Position numbers and translations under genes: made by a program. A stretch of 41,491 nucleotides of DNA from Aduncisulcus paluster (taxonomy: Eukaryota). Shown here one piece after another: positions 22,297-33,787 of this stretch (position 1 is its first letter; each line of letters starts with the position of its first letter). The notes below the pieces were generated by a model that saw only the letters and a list, made by a program, of their open reading frames with translations, searched no databases and was not told the origin of the DNA. The DNA lies in NCBI GenBank assembly GCA_024181965.1, contig BQXS01009781.1:1-41491 (forward strand), given 5' to 3'.

Positions 22297-25093
22297 ATGG
22301 GTGTTAAGGGCCTATGGAGTATATTCCGTCACACAGAACAAATTATTGATGATCGAACCCTCCCAGCAATTCAAGGACTTGTTGTAGCAGTTGATATGAG
22401 TATTTGGCTCCATAAAACTTTAAGAGGTACTCGTGGAAACGAGCGATTAGCTCTTAAGAGTTTTGTCTCGTTTGTCTCCAAATTTCTTGATTTTGGTTTA
22501 TTACCTATTTTTGTGTTTGATGGTCGTCCTCCAAGACAAAAATACTTCGAGAATGTATGTGCATAATTAGATTTCGAAATGATAATTTTTTTCATCAACA
22601 ATGTTTTTTATTTATTGCCATCTTTAGTTAAACAGAACTTTAAAACAGCATATTGCAAAGCAAAAACGTGATGAACTATCGGTTCAAAAAGAGATGATGA
22701 AATATCTACAAGCTCACAAAACCTTGCCTCCAATGGAATCAATGGAATCTCTAAAATCCTTTGCACAACATGAAAGCCGTCTTTCAGGAGTTAACTTTCT
22801 CCTCAATACTGAACGATCTGATTCTCCAATGATATCGTCACCTCAATCGATTTCCTCCCAACCTTCTTCCGGGATCATGATTGGGAAACGAAGGATAAGT
22901 GCAGATAAAATTAATGCTTATAACGAAGGATATGCATTTGTTTCGTCGAAAAAACTCAAACAAATTTCTTCATTCCCAACAAACCCCCTCCCAATTTTGA
23001 CAAGTCCCAAACACTCTTCTTCTGATTCATCTAGTAGTATGGCTTTTCCAAGTGATCTTAGTGATGTTTGGCGTGAGGATTTTGATGTTTCACACCATAT
23101 TCTTATCAATAATATTAAACCTGTCAAAGGAGTCACCTCTGTTCTTGAAGAAGAAGAAAGTGAAATTATTCCCGAAGAAAAAGAGAAAAAGGGGAAGCCA
23201 AAACACAAATCGAATCACCTTTCTCCCTTTGATAAAGATGATTCTTCATTTCCAAAGAAATCTGATACCTTGCCGACAACTCATCTTTTTGATAATCCTT
23301 GGCATCATCCAACTTCATTTGACTCTCCTTCCAAAGGTATTGCATTCCCGAAACAATCTCTTTCCACAATGAATCATACCTCTTCTTTGCTTCAAAGACA
23401 GACAATGATAAAAAAAGCTCTGAGGGAAGATCATAGACAATCACTGGCTCGAACAAGAGATGATGAGAGAGGCGAGAAAATAGATATTGAAAGGGGGCAA
23501 TCTCCCTCACAACGGAGTCAACTTGTCATATCTCAATCTATTTCTCAAGATAAGGAGACTTTTGAACCCCTCTCAAACGATGATTCTGAGATTTTGGATT
23601 CTCTCGAAGAAATCTTTCAACCTGGTAATATTATTGCTGATAAAAGGAAAGATATGAGCGAAGATGATTCCTTGGATGCTTTATTCCAAGATACCAATAA
23701 TAATGCCAATGAAGTTATACCTTTGTCTCATTTTGATGATAAAGATAAACCAAAATCTGAGTCTTCGAAAGATGAGAAGAATGATTCTCCATCGTCCACT
23801 CCATCATCTGTGAATCCTTATCAATATTGGAGTTCACAGGATGACGTATTTGAAGATGACATGATTGAAGCTCTTGAACTTACAAGGGATTCCATTGTTC
23901 ATGACAAAGTTTCAGTTTCTATTTCATCACGTGTTGATCAAATTACTAAACAACTATCGAAAGAGGAAGATAAAGAGATCGCCAGAGCTATTATTTTGAC
24001 CAATTCATTCATCGACAAATGTAAATTATTTCTATCGTTCTTTGGCCTTCCTGTCTTTTGCGCCCCAGCTGAAGCAGAAGCTCAATGTGTGGCTCTCGTG
24101 AACGCTGGTCTTTGTTCATGTGTGCTCTCAACAGATTCTGATTGCTTCATGTTTGGAGCAGAGTTTGTTATGAGTGAACCTTTGCGTCGACACACACCTT
24201 CTCACGTTCTTTCTATTTTTGGATCGCCTCAAATATTTGGTCTGACCAAAGCAATGATATGTGCCTTCGCTGTGTTGTGTGGATGTGATTATGTGGGTGG
24301 AATCAAGGGAGTAGGCCATGTGAAGGGTCTCGAATTATTGTGTTGTGCATGCCATGGATGTGTTATCGATGATTCAAGGGAGCTTTTGGACTCATGTGGA
24401 GGTATTCTAACAAAATTGAAAGAAATTAGATTGTCGTTTGATTCTCCTGAAGAAGATGGTAGACTTGGGAAGAAGCAGTCAAAACAGAAAACTAAACGAC
24501 AGAAACACAAAGATCTTGAAAAATGGGAATATGTAAAAACGCTTCAAAAAGTTGATTCATCAAAGCTAATATTCCCCAATAGTCTCATAAGATCAATGGA
24601 ATATCCGAAAATTAGCGACATTGAGAATGTGAAACAAGAATTATTATCATGGAAGAGAGCAAGAAACAAAAGTCAAGAAGATGAAGAAGAGATCAAGGAC
24701 AAGTCCAAAAATAGTACTCTTTCTCAAGATCTTGAAGAGTCCAAAATAGATCGATCAGAACCTCATTCCAAATCTCCTCAAGAGAACAATGCAAGTTCAA
24801 ATCCAACAATTATTGACCTTCTTGCAACATCACCTCCAGACGACATGGAATGTTCCGATCAAATTCCTTTTCTTCTTCCTCAAACTTTATTCTTGCAAAG
24901 ATTTGGAAATGAACATCTAAGAGATGGACATTTTGTTTCGAATCTCAAACCTGTAATCGCAAAATATAAAAGAAATATAAAGAAAAAAAAAACAAACCTC
25001 AAAAGAGTTGGTTTGAAATATCTCTTACTTGAAGGAGAACTATCGAAAAGAGAACAAAGAGCGGTGGACATTTTAAAATCATTGCGTGAATAA
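22297..25093 (+). CDS. XPG/Rad2-family structure-specific endonuclease, ~907 aa; 2 exons 22297-22554 + 22628-25093
   Basis: XPG-N: MGVKGLW, VAVDMSIW, PIFVFDG.PP..K. XPG-I: APAEAEAQC, STDSDCFMFG, LCGCDY..GIKGVG (H3TH). The long spacer between N and I domains favours XPG/ERCC5 over FEN1/GEN1. Confidence 0.9.
22555..22627 (+). other. Spliceosomal intron (73 nt, phase 0)
   Basis: GTATGT..ctttAG; joins ORF 22297 to ORF 22694 in frame. Confidence 0.88.
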
Positions 25094-25166
25094 AAACAAG
25101 AATGGATGCATCGAGGGATGCTTGGATAAAAGTCACACCGAAGCTGATCACTTGCTTATTCTATTT

Positions 25167-28100
25167 TTAGAGTTCATCTATTCCTTGTTCAGGAACAGGT
25201 GTCGAGTCATGAGAATCTGCACGATTGATATTATGAATATGATCCTTAGATTCTAATAGTTGTAACCACATTGGATTGTCAGAAAGCTGATCAAGACTTT
25301 TCTCAGAGGTATCTTCGACCTCAATTATGAGTTTTTCTTCAGATTTTTGGCACTCAGATGGGAAATTAATCCGTTTCCCAGTAGAAAACAAAGAATTGAC
25401 GATTGGTTGCATTCGAGCCTGTTTTGACGCAATAAGTCTTTGAATGTCAAGTTGTCTCCTATAAATTTCAGCAATTTCTTCATCTTCACAAACAGCTAGC
25501 CGTCTCTCAATCTCGGATGGAGAATTGTCACTCAAGAGGTCAGAATCTGAGAAAGAGGGTGAAAGGGGAGATTTCATTCCAGCTTCCACTCCTTCTTCTT
25601 CCTCTCCTTCTTCTTCTTCTACTTCTTTCTCTCCTTCTTCCTTCTCTCTTGCTTCACGTTGAGATGAACGTAGTGCCTTTATATTGGCTCGACGTTGGCG
25701 CTTAACCTCTTCGAAGGACAACACATGGTTCCAGAAAGCAAGAGCAGGTTCAGACATTCCAACTTGAGTCTTTTGAGAAAATACAAATTGGGAGGAAGAT
25801 TTTGGTTTTGGATGAGTCGAAATAGATTTTTTCCATGTCGAAAAAGATACATCTTCGACAGAACTTGATGAAGAATAAGAAGAAGAACCAGACACAGAAT
25901 GATCAAATTTCGAATGAGAATGTTGAGAAACAGAGCCAGAAAGATCATGAGTGGGTTTCCAAGTTGAAAAGTACTCCTCAACTCTCTTCATATCATTTTC
26001 AGCTTCTCCTCTCTCTCCTCTTTCCTCCTTAATGTTCAAAATAAGACCAGATGAAGACGCTGTTGGCTGTGGTTTCATCACAAACTCTTCATCTTCCAGG
26101 ACTCTCTTCTCTTTCTTCTCTTCTTTCTCTCCTTCCCGCTCTTCAATTTCATAATCCACATCCTTCATTTGAGATACGTGAAGCTCATCATTTGCATACA
26201 AAGCTTCAGAGTGATGCGATTCTCGAAGAATCCGTTGAGATTCCATCTCTTCCTCTTCTTCTCTCAAACGCTCTTCTTCCATCTGTTCCAAACGTTTTCT
26301 TTCCTCTAAAACCCTTTTTGCTTCCCTATCCAATTCTTTTTTCTTCTCAGCAATGGCTTCTCGCCAACCAACTGGCATAATGTTACGGTGCATTTCATTC
26401 AAATCAACTTGAAGTTTTTTCCTTGCAAAAGCTTTTTCAATGGCGACTTTCTCTTCTTCCAAATGTTTTTTATGAAGAGCAATTTCTTTCTCAATGAGTC
26501 TAAATTTATCCTCAGATTTTTCTTCATCTTCGGATTTGGTGAAAAGAATCGAATTATCTCCAACTTCAAGAGCTTTTCTACTTTCCTCTTCTCTTTTCTT
26601 TCCAACGATTGTAATTTCCTTTGTTCTCTTTCCTTTTCCTTTCTTTTTCCCTTTCTTTTTCCCTTTTCTTTCCTCTAAAACCCTTTTTGCTTCCCTATCC
26701 AATTCTTTTTTCTTCTCAGCAATGGCTTCTCGCCAACCAACTGGCATAATGTTACGGTGCATTTCATTCAAATCAACTTGAAGTTTTTTCCTTGCAAAAG
26801 CTTTTTCAATGGCGACTTTCTCTTCTTCCAAATGTTTTTTATGAAGAGCAATTTCTTTCTCAATGAGTCTAAATTTATCCTCAGATTTTTCTTCATCTTC
26901 GGATTTGGTGAAAAGAATCGAATTATCTCCAACTTCAAGAGCTTTTCTACTTTCCTCTCTTCTTCCATCTGTTCCAAACGTTTTCTTTCCTCTAAAACCC
27001 TTTTTGCTTCCCTATCCAATTCTTTTTTCTTCTCAGCAATGGCTTCTCGCCAACCAACTGGCATAATGTTACGGTGCATTTCATTCAAATCAACTTGAAG
27101 TTTTTTCCTTGCAAAAGCTTTTTCAATGGCGACTTTCTCTTCTTCCAAATGTTTTTTATGAAGAGCAATTTCTTTCTCAATGAGTCTAAATTTATCCTCA
27201 GATTTTTCTTCATCTTCGGATTTGGTGAAAAGAATCGAATTATCTCCAACTTCAAGAGCTTTTCTACTTTCCTCTTCTCTTTTCTTTCCAACGATTGTAA
27301 TTTCCTTTGTTCTCTTTCCTTTTCCTTTCTTTTTCCCTTTCTTTTTCCCTTTTCCTTTCCCTTTTCTCTGGTGTTTCAACTGTAAAACAGGAACGATTGG
27401 AAGGAATCCCTTGTGCTCACCAACCAAAAGAGCAGTCATAGAAGGACGAATGTGACCTTTGTTGTTATTTTTGTGAGTAACATCAGTGGGTTCTATTGCA
27501 GTATCGACAGTAGTAATACCTTCAGATGGGACAAAAATAACGTTAGTTTCTTCAATATGGTGAGAAGGTTGTTCTTTAGCTATCTCTCTCTGCTCTTCAA
27601 GATCCTCAGGTTTCATGCCTTCGTTGTTTTCACGTTGTTCGGCTGCCTTCAAAGCTTCATCCAAAAGAATTTGATTTGTCCTGATCTCAGCTTTCTTTTT
27701 TTCAATTTCTTTAGCAACTTGAGCTAAATCATACAATATTCTTTGTTCTTCCCGACTTTTGAATTGTTTTTCAAGTTGTATCGAGGCTTTTGTTATTCTT
27801 TTCTTCTTTCCAACTTTTTTGGATTTCTGAATTTTCTTCTTTTTGCCAAATTCACGACCAAAAACCTCACGTTTCTCCAACCCGGGAGGACCAATTGGTT
27901 TCCTTTTCTTCCTCTTTTTCAATGCCGGTTCTGGCCGAACAATATTATCGGTTGTGCCGATCTCAGGGTACTCAATTTCTTCCACCATTCCAATATGAGA
28001 AGATTTCACCTGGGTCTTTGTAGTTCTATCTCTCTTTTTCTTTTTGCTTGATTTCTTCTGACCAATGTCACTAACAGATATACCAACGACTTTGCTCTTG

Positions 28101-29716
28101 GGTTTCCCCGGAGCTTTGGCCTTCTTGACATTCAGTCCCATCTCAGCCAAATCATGTGCAACGATAGTAGGTTTATCCTCTTTCCAAGGGGTTATTGATG
28201 GAGGTGAGGAAGAACGAGAAGAGAATTCAGGAGGATTTACGGGTGAATGTCTTGACCTTTCCTCTTCTCCCTCTTCCTCTTCTTCTTCTTTTCCTTCTTC
28301 TTCTTCTTTTCCCTCTTCCTCTCTCTTTCCATCTCTTCCTTCCTCTTTCCTCTTCTTGCCACCCTCAGATTCGATTGGTATTGGACTTTCTCCTTCGATA
28401 TTGATATCTGTGAGTTTCATAGTATCTCCAGTTGTAGCAACATTATTCTGGTTGTAAGGAGAAAATATAGGTGGGGTCTTTCCGTGGATTGCCACTGAAG
28501 GAGTTGACTTCTGTCGAATGCTTTGTAACATCTTTTCATTACGTTTTCTGGCCCTTTTCTCCTTCATGGTTCTCTCTTTTTCCATTTTCTGCCAAAACAA
28601 TCCTCGTTTGACCTTTCTAGACATCAGTTCTCGTGACATTTCGAGAGAATCGGCATCCAATAATTTTTCTCCACTTATTCTTATCACACATGGACTCTGA
28701 AAGTTCATAGAATACAGTTCACGTAGACCTTGGGGTGTAACTTTCTTTCCACATTCCAAAAGACTAACAATCTCCAAGAAATCATCACACACAATTGCCT
28801 TTGAGAGAGTTTGAAGTATTTTATCGGATAGTTCGGGATTATCGTCAAGATATAAGCGTTTTAAACCAGGTACAGAGATGACATCTTTTATAGTTATATC
28901 TGGGTGTGTATGTAAAGTGGCTTTCCAACAGCTTTCTAGCTTTCTGGCTGCGGCCCCACCCATAAATGTTGAGAGAGGGAAACAAATGGTATCATCAATA
29001 CCAGTTCCTGATAAATTGAGTTCAGTAATTTGTTTGCACCTTTGAAGACGTGTGAAGAGAAGCTTTAGATGACCAGGGGTGAGTGAAACACCCTGAAATG
29101 AAATTGCTCGAATAGAATGAGTCGGAATATTGCGAATAATTTGATTTAATTGCTGAGGTTTGAAAGGAATTCCACAAAGTCGAAGAACTGTTAAATTACC
29201 TGATCTATTTTCCATCGTAACAACAGCACGAGTGAGGTCATTTACAAACAAAGGTTCATGGAGAGTGACATTCTTGGCACTTTTTGGCTTTCTTCTTGTC
29301 CAAGAAGGGGCTTTGCCTTTGGTTCTTGGTGTAGCTCGTGATGAAACACGTAAAGCATCATCACCTGCAATAGAACGAAGAGGAGGTTCTCCTTTGTAGC
29401 CAAATCCTACCTTTTGTTTATAATTTATCCGAATTTCCTCCTCATCATCACCAAACTCAGGAGCATTGGAAACATTAGACTCCGGGAATGGGCATACCGA
29501 GAGTGTGGATAATGAAAATTCGCGAATGTATCGACCTGCAGCCAAAGTAGCATGAATAAAGGCGTCAATAAGTTGCTGACTTCCAGAACTAAGATTGACT
29601 TTCAAACAACCAGTCTTAGCACCAGCAATAATGGAAGATGGAGGTGAAGATCCAGATCCACCAGCGAGTTTAAGTAAAAATGCTTTAAGAAATAAGGGAT
29701 GCTCTTTATAAGACAT
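25167..29716 (-). CDS. CEP78: CEP78-like centriolar LRR + coiled-coil protein (~1287 aa if the 686-bp internal duplication is removed; frameshifted as assembled)
   Basis: RNI-like LRRs (LTVLRLCGI, ITELNLSGTGIDD) plus ARKLESCWKATLH...PGLKRLYLDDNPELSD...AIVCDDFL..VSLLECG, paralleling the CEP78 signature RRHEETWAESLR...GLRRITLN.N..IGD...L.ED.WL..LDL..CG. Long K/E-rich C-terminal part. Confidence 0.7.
26270..27354. repeat. Near-identical triplicated block inside CEP78-like gene
   Basis: 26270-26668 = 26956-27354 (offset 686); middle partial copy 26664-26958 (offset 369 from first, 317 from third). Confidence 0.9.
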
Positions 29717-30132
29717 AAATTTTCAATATTTGATCAGTAACCGTAGATATTTAATATGTGATAATAAATAATGAGTTTTATGTTTGCAATTTCCAATAAA
29801 AACAACTGAAAATATATGTATAACCGGTAAATCGGGAGCAAAAACACAATTCGACGAAAATTTGGGTAAATGAAAATAATAACTCCAGAAAATAAAAAAA
29901 TTTATTAAATATATGCTAGAATATGATAAATATGAAAAGAATAGGATTCTAATAGATGTTTTCACCAGGTTTCAAAAAAATATCGAAAAAGGCCTATTCC
30001 AAAGTATACTGTAATCAAAAATCATCAATATTTTACGTTAAAAGCAATGATAAACGAAATTTAAACAAAATTTCTAATATTTCTTTGACTAAACAATGAT
30101 GTAATAATAAGATTTGTGTTTCAAAATAATTA

Positions 30133-30870
30133 TTATTTCTTCTTCTTTCCTGACACCTTTTCTTCCGTTTTAATCTCTGATTCCTCCAATCTTTCATCAA
30201 ATTTGTCTAAATCAGCCACCATTGCTGCATCCTCCTCTCTTTGTTTTTCCATCGCCCTAATTTCAGCTGGAGTTCTAAATCTACCTTTCTTTTTGCTATT
30301 AAATGTATGCAAGCGTCTATGTTCAGTGTATGATTGTGTTCTTATTGGACGAGAAAGGGAAGAAGAAATCGAATCGTCACTTTCTCTAAAACCAATCTTT
30401 GCTCGGGCTGTTTTGTTCAGAGGAACATATGGGTCTTTAATTGTTTGAGTTCTAAGCATTATTTCTTCAGATTCTAAATTCCTTTTGGCGGCGTGACTAC
30501 GTCCTTTCCAAGCATATTCGCCTCGAACACCACGTGGGCTTTGTCTAGAATGCCAACCATATTTCCTATCAATGGGACCAATGGGAGGTTGAGTGACTGT
30601 TGATAAAAAATGGACTGTTTTTTCTTTAGGAATAACGCTTGGAGAAGAATAATATCCAAACCCAGTTTTCCCACGTTTCTCCATGCTTCGAATGGTATAT
30701 TCCAATTTTTCCCTCTCTATTCTATTTTTTTGATAATGATTTCTCATCATATGTTTGGGAACAAGAGAAGACTCTGCAGAAGGTAGGCGAAATAGATCTG
30801 CGACAGTATCTCCCATAATTGGTTTATCTTGACTAAAAATTCGTTGATTTTGATATGAATATCGATCCAT
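30133..30870 (-). CDS. Hypothetical basic protein, 245 aa, C-terminal coiled coil
   Basis: ORF from ATG 30870 (MDRYSY...) to TAA; no family recognised. Confidence 0.75.
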   Translation of the reverse strand: MDRYSYQNQRIFSQDKPIMGDTVADLFRLPSAESSLVPKHMMRNHYQKNRIEREKLEYTIRSMEKRGKTGFGYYSSPSVIPKEKTVHFLSTVTQPPIGPIDRKYGWHSRQSPRGVRGEYAWKGRSHAAKRNLESEEIMLRTQTIKDPYVPLNKTARAKIGFRESDDSISSSLSRPIRTQSYTEHRRLHTFNSKKKGRFRTPAEIRAMEKQREEDAAMVADLDKFDERLEESEIKTEEKVSGKKKK

Positions 30871-31024
30871 CTCGAAATAAAAATATGAATTCAAATTATA
30901 AAATTATAGATGTGACAATAAGCGAGAAATCTGAAAATTTGATTTTTGAAAAAACATTTCCCGATTAAAACGAAATAAAGAATTCAAAACAGAACTTTTT
31001 GATGTATATTTTAAATAATAACAA

Positions 31025-33502
31025 TTATTTTAAACCTTTACTGTTCGATTTGAACCCCCTTTGAATACTTTCCGAAACCTTAATATCGAAAGATATTCTA
31101 AATAAGACATTGTCAGCTTCAATTTCAGCATCTGCATATGAGACTAAATCAGCTGTTATTTTAGCACTTTTCTTTGTTCCTGACAAGATTTCTGGACTCC
31201 ACATCCACTGACCAATTGCTAATTCCTTGAAATTCTCACTATCTTTTTGACTCTTCTCAAGATAATATATTAATAAAACGGTGTCAACACTCTCTTCAGA
31301 CATTTTCTCAATGTCAATATCAGTGTGGACCGAAAGTCCTTCTTCCGGCAAAAGATGACGTTTTTCTCCATTATATATTGGGTTAATTTTAACATCTTCC
31401 GCAACTGGATGATCGGAATGAATAAATGCTGGGAAATCGATTGCAGTTGAGCAATAATGTTCTGAATAGAGGTGAAATACAAGAATAATATCACTGGGTT
31501 CATCGATTCTAAAAATAGCATCCTTGAGAACATGCATTGAAAGATTATCAATATGAATATCTCCAGAGATTTTGGACACACCACTGCTGTGGGGGGTAGC
31601 TCCAGACAATTCTTCAGAACGATCCTCAACATCAGAAACATCGCCGCCAACCGAAATCATGCCGGCTCCAGACGGTGAAAGACCCCGACTCCGTCCGGAG
31701 GTTGTAGGTGGTGTAGCATCACGATTTTCCGATGATCCCCTGTGCAGACGCTCATCATAGTATTCTTTATCGACCCCTACGTCACTGCTCTCTGTAGCAG
31801 TGTTCCCAGTCCCATCTACTCTAATCTCTGGCTTTGAGAGCTCTCTCCTCCTCCTCCTCCTCTCTTCCTTCTTCTCTTCCCTCGATCTCTTCTTGACCAT
31901 GTTCAGAGTCCCCGCTAATGTGGAATTGGGAAGGTCTTGGGATTGTTCTTGAAAGGGAAAGAGATGTGTTTGTTTGGTTCTGAAGCCCTGATCTTGAAGG
32001 GACAAGAGCCTCACTTGAAATGTCTGGTAATCCTTCTCCCTCTTCTTCCCTTCCTTTCACTTCCTCTTCCTCCTCTTCCTCCTCTTCCTCCTCTTCTTCT
32101 TCACGGTTGTGAGAAGTGTTCCTTTTCCTTCTCATTTCAACAGCTTTGGCCCATTTGGCTCTTTCTTGTTTTAATGCATCCTCTTCTTTCTTTCTTTGCA
32201 TATCAATTTCATGTTGTAAAGATTCAATTTTTCTTTCAAATTCTTTTCTCTCAGCTTCGATTTCTTTCCTTTCCTCTTCTATTTCTCTTCTTTCCTCTTC
32301 TATTTCTTTCCTTTCAGTCTTTAATACATCGTATATATGCTCTTTCTCTTCTCTTTCTTTCTCTTTCTCTTCTCTTTCCTTTTCTTTCTCTTTCCTTTCC
32401 TTCTCTTTCTCTCTTCTCTCTCTCGATTTTTCCTTTGACAGATCATTCATTTGTGAATTTAATTTCTCTTTCTCTTCTTCTCCTCTCATTCTCTCTCTTT
32501 TCTCTTCGTCAAGGAGTTTTTCAATCTCAATCACTCGATTTTCCAATGTACCTTTCTCTTCCTTCATGCCATCAATCTCTTCTTTCTCTTTCTCTCTCAT
32601 TGACATTATCTCATCCAATTGTTTGTTTAATTTCTCCACCTCTTCTCGTTTCTCCTGACTTAAACGTTCGACCGTTATCCGATGCTCTTCTCGTTCGGCA
32701 GTGAGTTCTGCAAGAGTGATTGGAGGTGGCTTTATCCGACTGCTCGCGGCAATAAGCTTAGCATTGGACTCAGCGGAGGCTGCAGCTGCTTGTCTGGCAC
32801 GGGCAGCCTCTTTTTCCGCTCGTTCAAGACGAATTTCGAGAGATTGAATGTTCGATTCACTACGAGCTTCCAACGAACAATAAGCTTGTTCTAACTCATG
32901 GTAAATTTCTTCTAGACCGGCTAATCTCTTTGCTTCACCCATTGCGGATGATACTAACTTTGCATTTTCATCCCGGAGTAGTTGTACCTCCTTTTGAAGA
33001 CCATCACTAACGATAGAATGCTCTCGAAGGGCAGAGAGTTGTCCTCGAAGATGTGTGAGATCTTCTTCAGCCTGTTCGACTTTCATCTGCTCTTCTTTTA
33101 GCTGCTGGGAGGTGACGGAAGCAGATGAGTGCATATGTGTTAGAGCCTGTTCAAGTTCAGCAACTTTTATAACTTGTTCATCTTTCTGTTTTTGAACAGT
33201 GACAAACTTTAATTCTAATTCACTGATACGTTTTCTTGCTTCAAATAATGACAAAGATTCTTCTGACAAAATATCGGGAGCACCAGCTTCGCCTTGTTGC
33301 TGACGTGCCATATTTCGATATCGTTTCAATTGTTCAACACAACTTGTATATTTGTCATATAATGTTTTATACTTCGAATGAAGAATTGATATCATAATGT
33401 CTCTAGGGGTGAAAATAAAATTACAAATGTAAAAAATGGGTAAGATGAAATGTCTATTTCATAATAATAAAAAATATAGTGATATACATACTTTTTCTCC
33501 AT
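31025..33502 (-). CDS. Coiled-coil protein with C-terminal C2-like domain, RPGRIP1L/NPHP8-like (~796 aa); micro-exon 33502-33492, intron, and apparent frameshift near 31845
   Basis: ~430-aa heptad coiled coil, acidic linker, and a C-terminal beta-rich domain (IHIDNLSM...IILVFHLY...FKELAIGQW...RISFDIKV) resembling the RPGRIP1 RID C2 domain. ORFs 31821-33395 and 31025-32014 overlap in different frames. Confidence 0.55.
33403..33491 (-). other. Spliceosomal intron (89 nt, phase 2)
   Basis: GTATGT donor after ATG GAG AAA AA; cccctAG acceptor; gives MEKKDIMISILHSK in frame. Confidence 0.72.
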
Positions 33503-33787
33503 TGTTCTCCGTCCAAATGGACAAAATAAGCGAAACATCAACGAAATATAAATATTTCTTGTTTTATCAATTAAAATTGAGTTATATAACTCTAATATGC
33601 AGACAGAAGTTTCATTATACTGAAAATGCTTGCGCAAAAGTATGGGGGAAAACTCATCCTGAATAATATAAAATAGAAAACATAAAAGGCAAAATCATTT
33701 GTTTTGGTTTCAATCAAGTTTAAAATACCCCTTGATTTTACGATTATAATAGCATAAGAAACTTTGAAAAAAAATTGTTCTGTTTTG

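Noticed and set aside
31937..32704. Plus-strand ORFs of 255 and 180 aa (Leu/Ser/Phe-rich)
   Set aside because: Antisense shadows of the GAA/AAG-rich coiled-coil gene. The same applies to most short overlapping ORFs in the track (e.g. 26051-28457, 37014-38688, 39506-41332).
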